From positions 6,432-70,431 of the forward strand of contig CAXHJY010000103.1 of the NCBI GenBank assembly GCA_964016885.1: a stretch of 64,000 nt of DNA, given 5' to 3'. The stretch is from Eledone cirrhosa. Its lineage: Eukaryota. Below, one piece after another: positions 1 through 12,417 of the stretch (its first letter is position 1; every line of letters begins with the position of its first letter). Under the pieces are notes generated by a model, which was given only the letters and a program-made list of their open reading frames with translations, was not told where the DNA came from and made no database searches. Position numbers and translations under genes: made by a program.

Positions 1-783
1 GTGTACTGGGTGCGTTTCTTTGTGGAACCAACACTAGCACTTTACAGAGTGTACTGGGTGCGTTTCTTTGTGGTACCAACACTAACACTTTACAGAGTGT
101 ATTGGGTACCTTTCTTTGTGGCACCAACACTAGCACTTTACACAGTGTACTGGGTGCGTTTCTTTGTGGTACCAACACTAACACTTTACAGAGTGTACTG
201 GGTGCGTTTCTTTGTGGTACCAATACTAACACTTTACAGAGTGTACTGGTGCCTTTCTTTGTGGCACCAACACTAACACTTTACAGAGTGTACTGGGTGC
301 CTTTCTTTGTGGTACCAACACTAACACTTTACAGAGTGTATTGGGTGCCTTTCTTTGTGGCACCAACACTAGCACTTTACAGAGTGTACTGGGTGCCTTT
401 CTTTGTGGTACCAACACTAATACTTTACAGAGTGCATTGTATGCCTTTCTTTGTGGTACCAACACTAACACTTTACAGAGTGTATTGGGTGCCTTTCTTT
501 GTGGCACCAACACTAACACTTTACAGAGTGTATTGGGTGTCTTTCTTTGTGGCACCAACACTAGCACTTTACAGAGTGTATTGGGTGCCTTTCTTTGTGG
601 TACCAACACTAACATTTTACAGAGTGTATTGGGTGCCTTTCTTTGTAGCATCAAGACTAACACTTTACAGAGTGTACTGGGTGCCTTTCTTTGTGGCATC
701 AACACTAACACTTTACAGAACGTACTGGGTGCGTTTCTTTGTGGCACCAACACTAACACTTTACAGAGTGTACTGGGTGCATT
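1..783. repeat. 48-bp minisatellite, about 16 copies, related to the RTE/SINE 3' tail motif
   Basis: Unit gtgtactgggtgcctttctttgtggcaccaacactaacactttacaga repeated head-to-tail without spacers; similar motif at 33005-33110 and 56998-57300. Confidence 0.95.
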
Positions 784-1204
784 TTAGCATTAGAGGGGTT
801 GTTACATGCTCCCCCAGCCTCAAACCCTTAATTGTCACCCTATTCATGTCTTTCTCTGAAAAGTGGACTTGCAACAGTTTAAGTATCAATTTCTTTGGCC
901 CTGGAAGACTTGTGACGCCATAGGTTCTCCCTCTGCCTCCAGACATAACAAACACGCACACCACGGGGAGAGGTGGTGGCTGGGGTGAATAGATGGGGGT
1001 CTAAACCCCCAACAACAACAACAACTCCATAAATAAGAAAGTTTTTGAAGAAAATATACTATGCCTTCTAATTTGCGAGTGGGGGCGGGTCGATTAATCT
1101 TCTCCAGTATTTGACTGGTACTTTATTCTATCGACTCCGGAACGATGAAAGGCAAATTCGACCTCAGTGAGATTTCAACTCACGTAATCCTACTATATCG
1201 TATA

Positions 1205-2134
1205 CTAGCAGTAAAGCCCGGCGTTGCTCGGGGTCGCTCAGTAGCTGTGTTAAAGTTACAATGTTAAGTTTCTTTCTTGGCGTAAAAACTGTAGTGTCTA
1301 CTGTGTAGACTTGCATGTGGTGTTTTTGATTAATATTCCCTCAACCAACAATATGCCTTATGAAGTTAAGAAAACATAACGATAACCCGAATGTTATAAC
1401 AAAAGAGGATGCTGGGGATAGAAACTGCACTGGTTATTTATTAACAAAGATCGAAAATGTAAACACTGCAACGCAGAGAAAAACATTAGCGTAACCAAAT
1501 TATCAGTTATGTCTGTCTGCACGCCTATATCACCTCTCTGCACGACTGTCTGTCTGCACGCCTATATCACCTCTCTGCACGACTATCTGTCTGCACGCCT
1601 ATATCACCTCTCTGCACGACTATCTGTCTGCACGACTGTCTGTCTGCACGACTGTCTGTCTGCACGCCTAACGACGAAATATTTGCTTGTTTTACGTAGT
1701 CTTTAAATAGACTTGTTTTCAAGTAAAAATATTGTTTTAAAACGCTTTTAAATGGAAATGAAGCAAAACGGAAGCCTAGTGTTCGAACTGATGAATTTTG
1801 CAGGTCAATATTTTGCTGGCTCGACGACAACTGTTCGTATATTGTGTTAATGTCATTTTAAACGCTGAGAAAGCCAGCGTAATTTTTTACGTAAGACGCT
1901 CAATGTAAACAGAACAAAGGGAAATAACTGATAACTTACGCTCAAAAATCGATACATTATGTTCGATTTCGTCACATAGGGTGGGTCAATTTGAAATATT
2001 TTTTTTCCGGTGTCTTCGCTAGGGCTCAATGTACAAGTATAGCAACTTCGGTGCAATTCCGTGAGAGATTCTAAGAGGAGATGTGAGCCAAAAATCGATA
2101 GACAGACAGACAACCACAGTTTTATATATATAGA
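1205..2134 (-). mobile_element. Non-autonomous Helitron
   Basis: Minus strand starts TCTATATATATAAAA, ends with hairpin CCCGAGCAACGCCGGG then CTAG; inserted between A and T; internal TCTG/GCACGAC microrepeats at 1510-1670. Confidence 0.85.
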
Positions 2135-2624
2135 TAAAGGCGAAAATCAAATCAGTCGTAGGAATTCACACAAAAATGATATTATTAGAGTTATCTCCCT
2201 GTCAGTTGTCTCCTAGCTGCTGAAAATAACAACCAACCCCTCCCACTATACTCGGCATGTTTTAACGATACATTCATACATTAAATTGTACACTAAACAG
2301 CTGATGTATACTATAAGTTCATAGCTGTATAAACTGCAAGGAATGTATATATAAACACTCATTTCTTATATGTTTAACATGTAAACAAATTTACGTATTT
2401 AGATGTGGCAGAACTAGAGAACTCAACCTACTTGCATAAATTTAGTGTTAACAGTTGTAGTTAATTCAATTATATACTATGTTGTGCACTCATTAAATTT
2501 ATCTTATTTTATCGGGGTCGATAAAATAAAGTACCTGTAATGCACTGGGTAATTGCTGGCCTTGTGCCTAAAGTAGAAACAATTAAATTTATCTTATATT
2601 TTCTATTATACGATGTGTGGTACA

Positions 2625-3240
2625 TCTTCTCCCACTTATTCCTGGTAGGATCGTTGGGGCAGAGCCTTCAAGCATGCCTTCCAGCGGGTCATGCTAGAAG
2701 CAACCATCTCCAATTGGTCAGGTTGGATCCCCGAGGGAGACCAGCTGAGGTTGTGGACGTTATCCAACCATCCTGCTTATGGTTGTTATCCAGCTTATGG
2801 ATGTTATCCAACCACCCTGGGTCTTCTGCCTGTTGGTTTTGCCCGTGAAACCTGTCCAGTGTTTCTTTCCTTAGACATTCTAGCCACATGTCAGTAATAT
2901 CAGAGCTATGATCTCTCAAATCGGAGAAGTAGTGGCACTTATTTCAGCTTCCTGCCTTCCATCACTTGTGAACACGGCTCTGAGATACTTGAACTTCTCC
3001 ACTTGCTTCAGTGTAACTCCACTCACATGAGGGCCAGTATCTCAGTCATGGCAGCACTGATTTTCATTCATGCTGTGCAACACTCAGCAGAAAAACTATC
3101 AAGTGCATGTCGGAGACCACCTTCTCATGAGTACCATGTTGTCTGTAAATTCCAGGTGACTGATGCTACACCAGTCAGTCTGGCAGCAAAAGAAAGGAAA
3201 CACTCTTCGAGGGCATTATCAGAAGCAATACATCTGGAGA
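2625..3240 (-). mobile_element. Decayed RTE-type LINE 3' fragment
   Basis: Broken RT C-terminal coding remnants; similar to 24605-24905 (ccagctgag..ggatgttatccaacc). Confidence 0.6.
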
Positions 3241-3475
3241 TTTCATATTGAGGTTTTTATTGATTAGACTCAGTTATGAATGTTTCACAGATGAGTGGCT
3301 CAGGATCCATATTTGTGTTATAGACCCGACGCCAGCTCCAATCTGCTCATCGAATGAGATTCTGGTTTTGCTTGATTAACAAGTCTGATGGGCAGATTGG
3401 AGCTGATCTCGGGTCTATAACACTAATGTGGGTTTTAGAAACCTAATAAATAAAACCCTCAATGTGAAACCTCGT
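3238..3475. repeat. Fold-back element carrying a degenerate hammerhead motif
   Basis: Arms tttcatattgagg/cctcaatgtgaaa and gtgttatagacccga..cagctccaatctgctcatc/gatgggcagattggagctg..tcgggtctataacac. Confidence 0.75.
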
Positions 3476-3482
3476 TTTGTTC

Positions 3483-3560
<78 letters not shown>

Positions 3561-3686
3561 AAATTAAGACAAATTAAATGAATTTAATCTAAATCAAAAT
3601 TATGGGTGTCATGCCAGAACGGCATGCGCCATATCACCCGGAAAAATAAGCTCAAAGATTCTATCGAGTAGGTCCGAGCATTTTAT

Positions 3687-3858
3687 AATAACTAGAAATT
3701 GATTAACATATATATAAACATGAATAATCACAGGGGATAATTTTTACAAGCATGTAACCACACATAGTTAGGTAGGTAACTAAATAAAGTTGACTAGAAT
3801 TCAAAAATTATCCCCTGTGATTATTCATGTTTATATATATGTTAATCAATTTCTAGTT

Positions 3859-3860
<2 letters not shown>
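3687..3860. repeat. About 58-bp perfect inverted repeat between (TA)n tracts
   Basis: ataactagaaattgattaacata...caggggataattttt is mirrored at 3804-3860. Confidence 0.9.
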
Positions 3861-3916
<56 letters not shown>

Positions 3917-5332
3917 CAAACATATATGGAGGAGAAAGTAAGACATTTAAAAACAAGATTTAATTCTTACAAGTACATTTATAATGCAGTAGGTAGACAT
4001 ATATGTACCAGTAATACCCTGGTGTAATTGCTGGCCTTGTGCCAAAAGTAGAAACAATTATATATATACTGAACATTATTAGGAACTTAAGATTCAAGAA
4101 AAGATCTGCATACACCAACAAATCTTTGAACGCTCTGAACACTACTATAAAGAAGATAAGAGATGATAAATGCTTATATGTTGTCTCAGATAAGACCAAA
4201 ATCTTATATAAGATCGATATAAATAGGTATAAATTGTTTATATCTAGTGAATTAAGTAAAAATTACAAGAAGACACCTATAAGCACACTTAACAACATAA
4301 ATAGAATGGGTAAAGTTATCGTAACTAACCTAGAAATTGATAAATACACCAACCCTTATAAACCTATGACCTCTAGATTCTCCCTTAAAGATCACAATGT
4401 TAACTTTAATGATAACCTCTCGATTAGACTAATATGCCCATCTACATCAGATATTGGTAAAATTAATAAAAACATCCTAGATAGAATAATACCTAAATTA
4501 AAGGTTAAGGCCAAAATTTTGCTATGGGGGTAACACAGATCAGGTTATTAGTTGATTCACTGAGATACCAGAAAGAAAACACTTAAATTTCTACAATTCG
4601 ATATAGACAACTACTATGCTTCTATCTCCCCTATCCTATTAAATAAGGCCTTGATTTTAGCTAGATCTAATACTAATATAACTAAAAACGAGATAGACAT
4701 AATACTTACCACCAGTCCTACTATTATAGATTTCGACAGCTCCTACTGGACAAGAGCTAACTGCCCCAATAACTTTGATATTACGATGGGGTCGAGTGGC
4801 TCTACCCAGGTAACGGACCTTGTCGACATCTACCTTCTTTACAAACTCAGAGAGGAAATCCCAGCACTTCAGGAAGGATTATATAGAGACGACGCTTTAT
4901 TTACAGTAAAAAATTACTCGTAGGATAGAAAACCTTAGCAAGCGTATACATAATTTTTTTTAATTATGTATATGCTTGCTATGTACGTCTAGGAAGTTAA
5001 CTATCTTATCGTTAGGGTCAATGGTTACCTCTCTGCAACCATTGATCCTAACGATAAGATAGTTAACTTCCTAGACGTAACATTAGAGTTAGATACAGGC
5101 CTATACCTACCATACCATAAGCCGGGAGAGGTGCTTTCATACATTACCCACCCCCTCTATCCTCAACTCAATTGTGAAGAACGTCTCTCATAGAATCTCC
5201 AGGCTCTCAGCCAATGAGGATATATTTAACCACATCGCAGGTTATAACAACACACTAGCTATGCCAGGCTATGTTAATAAGATCTTTTATATCCCTAATA
5301 TTAAATCTCTTAATATCCCGCATAATAAAAAT

Positions 5333-5516
5333 AATTGTTTCTACTTTAGGCACAAGGCCAGCAATTACCCAGTGCATTACTGGTACTTTATTTTATCGAC
5401 CCCGTAAGGATGAAAGGCAAAGTCAACCTCGGCGGGATTTGAACTCAGATCGTAAAGGGACGTAACTATGCTGGAAAGCATGGCGCCCGACCCTCTACCG
5501 ATACTGCCAATCCACC
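5333..5516 (-). mobile_element. tRNA-derived SINE, family A
   Basis: A/B-box-like head (tggcagtatcggtagag..gagttcaaatccc) and tail gtcgataaaataaagtaccag..gtagaaacaatt; many copies in the window. Confidence 0.9.
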
Positions 5517-6086
5517 AATGATAGAAATAATAAAACTAGGATAGGCAAGCAGAATAGCATCAAGAAGTATTATTATAATATTGACGTAGCAAGGACAACC
5601 ATACTCCACAACTAAGGCTGGAGCAATAAACCTAGATGTATTTCCTGCTTATAAACACAATAATGGCGACGGACTACTACCCACACCTACCAACAAACGC
5701 AGAATCAAATCTGTGAACATCCCCAATGCTGTAGGAACACGTAATGCTAATAGAGGCAGAGCAGGCAAAAGACCCGGACTTAGTAGAAGCACGAATAGCA
5801 ACCCTTATGGTATAAAAGACCACGCCAACTTCAGTACACCACGCAGAAGACGCAGTCGTAATATTTCATGACCTCTAATATCCCTAAAATCTTCTTTGGT
5901 ATCTTAGAGAAAAACTTCCCACCCAGCCATAAGTACCATAGTTTCCTTAACAATAATAATGTAAAAATGTCATACTCCATAACCCCGAACCTAACGAAAC
6001 ATATAGCATTTAGCAACCTCATTAAACTCTCTAAAATTGAACCCTCTAGTGATATAAACGTTAGGCCATCTGTTAACCCTACGCCC

Positions 6087-6088
6087 AG

Positions 6089-6138
<50 letters not shown>

Positions 6139-6191
6139 TTACTACTACTATTACTACTACTACTACTACTAATAATAATAATAATAATAAT
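6087..6191. repeat. (ACT)n(AAT)n microsatellite
   Basis: Direct reading. Confidence 0.95.
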
Positions 6192-7128
6192 GCTTTCTTT
6201 ATTAACCACAAGGGTTTACATAAAGTAGACATTAAGGACAGTACAGGACAATACAGGACGGTACAAATGGGCATTTCTGCGTGTAAAAAACAAGAAACAG
6301 AGGATGTAATAATAGAACAATGAAAAAATTCCCCAATAGGGGGGAGACTTCCGAGGGACATTCGTGGCGAAAGCCCATTAAAAAGCCACAGTGCCCTCTC
6401 CCAGTTTTCAACCTTTAATTTACAGACACATACTCAGAGTATTCACTCGGGCCATTCTTGCCTCTCTCACCCATCTTTCAACAAAATGCTGAGAAGAGAG
6501 CACTTCCCTTTCTACCCTGATTTCCCTTTTCAAATGAAATTTAAAAAAGTTAATCAGGGCATCACCGAAGAGGTAAGTGCTCCTCTTCAGCCCTTTCAAA
6601 TGTGTCCACCATACTATCTCTTTCGCCATGGCCACCAGACAGATAAAAACTACCTTCCCTTCCCGGCTAAAGGAAGAGGGCGGGGCGATCCTCACGATGG
6701 ACTCAGCTGATAGCTGGATCCGTTCCACACGCGACAGCAGGTGTTCGACATAAACCCACAAGTCAGCAATGCTCGGACACTGGACGAGTGCGTGCAGGAC
6801 GGTTTCGTCGCCCTGCGCGCATCTCGGACAAGCCCGGCTGACGGCACCTCCATGCCTGTAGAGTTTATCCCGAACTGGCAAAGCTCCTCGGTAGCACTGC
6901 CAGGCCAGGGATTTCTGGAAGTTGTCCATAGGCCCCGGCCCGAAAGTTCTTCCGAAGAGATTGGCTAGTTGATTTTCGTCGACGCCTAGAGTTTCCCCCA
7001 AGTACGTTGTCGCTCTTCCCCTCCACTAATCCTCTATAGAATGCCAAGGTGGAGTTTCCACCGATCACATTGCCCGATTGCTCGAGGGCTGTGAGCGCCT
7101 GAAGACATTCCAGTCTCCAAGCGCTCCC
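6192..7128 (-). mobile_element. Tx1/L1-clade LINE 3' fragment
   Basis: ORF 6420-7001 with zf-RVT-like motif CPRC..ETVLHALVQC; homologous to 10025-10777. Confidence 0.85.
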
Positions 7129-7136
7129 TAATAATA

Positions 7137-8206
7137 ATGACTATCTATAACATGTTCCACAAGAGGAGTGATGTCGATAGACTCTACTTAAGGAGATCTG
7201 AAGGTGGAAGAGGTCTTATCAGCATAGAGGACTGTGTTCAGATGGAGAAAAACAACCTACAAAAATACGTGACTGATAGTAAAGAGCCAATACTCAGAAT
7301 TGTACTGAAGGAGAGGACAATAGACCAGGGGATGTCCAAGGAGGAAATAACGAGGAGAAAGAGCAGCCTTCATGAAAAATCCCTTCATAGTACCTTCTTT
7401 GAGAAAACTAAATTCAGAGATCCACAGACATGGAACTGGTTGAGAAGAGGAGACCTTAAAAACGCTACAGAAGGAATGCTAATGGCTGCGCAAGAGCAGG
7501 CGTTCAAAACGAAGTGCCTGAAACACCATATTTACAAGGAGGAGGCTAGCCCACTGTGCAGGATCTGTGGAGAGAGAGAGAGGAGACTGTGGCTCACATT
7601 GTGTCCGAGTGTAAACACCTAGCCCAGACTCACTATAAAGGCTGGAGACATGATGAGATGGGCAAGGTGATCCACTGGCACCTATGCAAAGTAAACAATT
7701 TACCACATTCTGAGAAGTGGTATGAGCATAAGCCAGAGTCGGTGATAGAAGCGATCAGGTGAAGGTGCTGTGGGATTTTAGTATACAGACGGACAAGAAG
7801 CTGGAACACAATAGACCTGACCTGGTGGTTTTGGACAAGGAAAAAAGATCGTGCTGATTGTGGATGTGGCCTGCCCATTCGACACGAGAGTGCAACAGAA
7901 GGAGAGGGAGAAAATTAACCGATACCAGGACTTAAAGTGGGAGGTAAAAAGGATTTGGAACTGCCATGAAGTCAAAGTGGTCCCGATTGTCATAGGCGCA
8001 CTAGGTACTATCTCAAAAAGTTTCCAGGGATGGTTAAAGAAAATTGGCCCCGCCCCGCTTTTTGGAACACTTCAAAAGGCATGCTTACTGGGAACAGCAA
8101 GAACCCTCCGATACGTCCTAAATATCTGGGGCTGCAGGTAGTGGCTTGATATTCATTTCAACAAACTTTCCAGTTAACTAACATCAATGACTGAGACTCA
8201 AAGAAC

Positions 8207-8247
<41 letters not shown>
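7137..8247 (+). mobile_element. 5'-truncated R4/Dong-like LINE (restriction-like endonuclease), copy 1
   Basis: CRIC..ETVAHIVSEC, RHD, RPDLVV..DVACPFD..EKINRYQDL, PIVIGALG; (AAT)n tail; frameshifted. Confidence 0.85.
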
Positions 8248-8249
<2 letters not shown>

Positions 8250-8621
8250 CATCATCATTTTACGTCCGCTTTTCCCTGCTTGCAAGGGTGGGACGAGAAC
8301 TGATTCTGGTTTGATTTCTACAGATGGATGCCCTTCCTAACACCAACCTCATTTAGAGTTAATGCTGGGTGCTTTTTTTCCGTGGCGACTACACGTCCAC
8401 TTTCGAGTGTGGACTGGGTGCTTTTTTGCCGTGGCACCTCCACGACCACTTTGCAGTGGAATGATATGGACCCCAGTCCCTATCATCTCATTTCTACAGC
8501 TGCGTAAACTGGAGCAATGTGAAATAAAGTGGCTTGCTCAAGGAAACAACACATCACCCGGTCTGAGAATTGAACTCACAACCTTTTGATTGTAAGGACA
8601 ATGCTCTAACCACTAAGCCAT
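8248..8621 (-). mobile_element. tRNA-headed SINE family B with RTE-derived 3' tail
   Basis: Head tggcttagtggttagagcattg..gtgagttcaattc; tail matches RTE 3' end at 32849-33110; ends (TGA)n. Confidence 0.85.
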
Positions 8622-9720
8622 ATGAAGACTAGGAAGCCATTGACTATCTACAACATGTTCCACAAGAGGAGTGATGTCGATAGACTCTACTTAAGGAGAT
8701 CTGAAGGTGGAAGAGGTCTTATCAGCATAGAGGACTGTGTTCAGATGGAGAAAAACAGCCTACACAAATACGTGACTGATAGTAGGGAGCCAATGCTCAG
8801 AATTGTACTGAAGGAGAGGACAATAGACCAGGGGATGTCCAGGGAGGAAATAACAAGGAGAAAGAGCAACCTTCATGAAAAATCCCTTCATAGTGCCTTC
8901 TTTGAGAAAACTGAATTTAGAGATCCACAGACATGGAACTGGTTGAAAAGAGGAGACCTTAAAAAGGCTACAGAAGGAATGCCAATGACTGCACAAGAGC
9001 AAGCCCTCAAAAGGAAGTGGCTGAAACACCATATTTACAAGGATGAAGCTAGCCCACTGTGTAGGATCTGTGGAGAGAGAGAGGAGACTGTAGCTCACAT
9101 TGTGTCCGAGTGTAAACACCTAGCCCAGACTCACTATAAAGGCTGGAAACATGATGTGATATGCAGGGTGATCCACTGGCGTCTATGCAAAGTAAACAAT
9201 TTACCACATTCTGAGAAGTGATATGAGCATAAGCCAGAGTCGGTGATGGAAAACGATCAGGTGAAGGGGCTATGGGATTTTAGGATACAGACGGACAAGA
9301 AACTGGAACACAATAGGCCTGACCTGGTGGTTTTGGACAAGGAAAAAAGATCGTGCCTGATTGTGGATGTAGCCTGCTCCTTTGACACAAGAGTCCAAGA
9401 AAAGGAGAGGGAGAAAATTAACCGATACCAAGACTTAAAGTGGGAGGTAAAAAGGATTTGGAACTGCCATGAGATCAAGGTCGTCCCGATTGTCATAGGC
9501 GCACTAGGTACTATCTCAAAGAGTTTACAAGGATGGTTAAAGAAAATTGGACCCGCCCCGCTTTTTGGAACACTTCAAAAGGCATGCTTGCTGGGAACAG
9601 CAAGAACCCTCCGATCTGAATATCTGAGGCTGCAGGTAGTGGCTGGATATTCATTTCAACAAACTTTCCAGTTAAATAACATCAATGACTGAGACTCAAA
9701 GAACAATAATAATAATAATG
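8622..9720 (+). mobile_element. 5'-truncated R4/Dong-like LINE, copy 2
   Basis: Highly similar to 7137-8247; ORFs 8622-9221 and 9243-9692; (AAT)n tail. Confidence 0.85.
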
Positions 9721-12417
9721 ATTTCTTTATTGGCCACAAGGGCTGGCATCAAGAAAAACATTACAGACGGCACATGACGGTACAGGACGGTACGATGTGG
9801 GTTTTGTGCGTGTCAAGATTTTTATTATTTTTATAAGAAAAGGAAAAAAAGACATAGAGACATATATATATATATAAACAATAAAAATGAAAATTGAAAC
9901 AATGAAAAATTCCCCAATAGGGGGGAAACCTCCGAGGGTTACTCGTGGCGAAAACCACACAAAAGACCACGGCCACCCTGACCACCAGGAAAAGCGCCCT
10001 CTCTCAATTTTTCCATTTCTCAAACTACAGATGTATATTCAGAGCGGTCCCATTCACTCGGATCATTCTCGCTACATTCACCCACCTTTCAACAAACTTG
10101 CTAGAAAGCAGCACTTTCCTCTCCACCCTGTTTTTCCTCTTCAAGTGAAACTTGAAAAAGTTAATTAGGGATTCGCCGAACAGGAAAATGTCTGTCTTTA
10201 ACCCTTTCAACCTTGTCCACCACACAATCTCTTTCGCCATGGCCACCAGGCAGATGAAAACCGCCTGCCCTTCCTCCTCGAAGGAAGACGGCGAGACCAT
10301 CTGCACAATGGACTCAGTCGATAACCGGATCAGTCCTACACGCGACAGCAACTGTTCGACATAGCTCCACAAGTCAGCAATGCTCGGGCACTGAACGAGT
10401 GCGTGCAGGACGGTTTCGTTACTCTGCGCGCATCTCGGATAGGCTCGGCTGACGGCACTTCCGTGCCTGTAGAGCTTATCTCGAACCGGTAGCGCTCCCC
10501 GGTAGCACTGCCAGGCCAGGGATTTTTGGAAGTTATCCATAGTCCCTGGGCTGAAAGTTCTCCGAAAGAGAGCAAACAGCTGATCTTCCTCGACGCCCAG
10601 GATCTCTCCGAGAACGTCGTCGCTCTTCCCCTCCACTAGTCCTCTATAGAACGCCGAGGTGGATGTTCCACCGATACTGGTGCCCAGCTGGCAGAGGGCA
10701 GTGAGCGCCTGGAGACATTCCAGTTTCCAAGCACTATACCTCGGTCTTTTCCTGACCCAGGACTGCAGTTCCGTCAAGGAGACGAGCTGTGGGAAAACGT
10801 GCCTGGTGAACGGCGACCATACCTATTCACCGTGAAGGAAGCACCAGAGATGTCGCAGCCTCAGCGCATGTTTGCGCATCATCAGCCATGGCATGCCCAG
10901 TCCTCCACGCAACGGGTGTTGACAGCAGATGGATCGTCTGACCATGGGAGCGCGTCCCTTCCACAAAAAACGGAAGAGGAGGCGCTCGATTTTGGTGAGA
11001 GTTAGGCCAGAGCAAGGGACGACAGTGAGGTGGTAGCAGATGACAGATGCGATGTACGCATTCGCCACCTCTGCCCGGCCTTTCAGGGACAGCTTCCTCT
11101 CGGCCCATTTCTGGGTGAGGGAGGCCACCTTGCTCGTCACCTCGTTCCAGTTTTTCTCCATCTGGAGACCCCGAGCAATTTAAACGGTCCGTCCATCCAA
11201 CGCCCCACGACGTTGTCGGACGGCATGGACTTGCCTCTCCAGGTGACGAGCTGCAAGCCCACTGACTTTTCCTGGTTTATCTTTGCACCTGTCACCACTT
11301 CGTATTCCTTAAGTGCGGTGCCGAGCATCTGGACGTGTCTGGTGCTCGACACCACCACGGTGACGTCGTCGGCGAAAAACGACTCGGATTTCCCGCATCC
11401 TAGTTCGCGTGGGACGCCCCTCATCGCACCCAGTTTGTGCAGTAACGGCTCGAGAGCCAATACATACAAGAGGGACGAGAGGGGACGACCCTGGCGGACT
11501 GAGCGCATGATGCTGAACGGCTGCGACAGGTGACCGTTCACCCTCACAATTGAGCAGATGTCGCTGTGCATCGCAGCGATCCAACCCCTGAAAACGGGCC
11601 CAAAACCGGCTGCCTCGAGGACCGCCGCCAGATACCGATGGTCGACCCTATTGAATGCTTTAGATTGATCCAAGCTGATCAGAGCCCCACCCGTGCCAGG
11701 TTCCTTAACCACCCTCTCTATGATGTATCGCATGAGGTGGCGGTTGTCGTGTATGGATCTGTCCGGAATGACGCATGTCTGCACCTCTCCCACCAGAACC
11801 TCGACGACAAGCGCCAACCTCATTGCTAACACCTTGGCCAAAATCTTGAACTCTGCGTTTAGCAGATTTATGGGCCTGAAGTTATCAATAACATCTCCCT
11901 TGTTTGGGTCTTTTCTCAGCAGCGACACCACTCACCAGCTCACAAAAATAGGAATGCTCCCGTTCTGCTACCAGTTGCAGTAGACATCTGCCAAGAGGTC
12001 ACCGAACAAGTCTGGCATAAATGCATAAAGCTCGTAGGGCAGACCATCCAAACCTGACGATTCACCCCTCGTGCAGTTAGCCATCGCTTCCCGTATTTCA
12101 CCGGCTGTTATTGGCTTTTCGCAACACTGTGCTGCGGTCGTCGAAAGCCGAGGCAGTCCGTCGAGGTATGCACAGAAGTCAACACCCCGATCCGGCCCAC
12201 CGCCGCTCCCGAACAGTTCAGCAAAGTGCTGTTGAAAAGCCTCACACATCTGCTCGGGTTCGAGCAACACGTACCCGTTTTGGTCAGACAAAAACCGAAT
12301 TGTGGCTTTGTTTCCACGTCGTGCCTCTGCCACCCATTGAATGGCTTTCGTCCCCTCGTGTTTAAGAGCATGAGCTCTAGCTCTGATAATGCAGCCTTTG
12401 TGTTTTGCAGTCGTAGT
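9721..12417 (-). mobile_element. Tx1/L1-clade LINE ORF2 remnant (RT + C-terminal zinc finger)
   Basis: GLDGLPYELY, NFRPINLLNAEFKILAK, DQSKAF, VRQG.PLS, FADD, GGLGMP; frameshifted. Confidence 0.9.

Noticed and set aside
1-783. Regular 48-bp repeats resembling a CRISPR array, and repetitive ORFs over them
   Set aside because: No unique spacers, eukaryotic context and no cas genes; the ORFs are open only because the unit is a multiple of 3.
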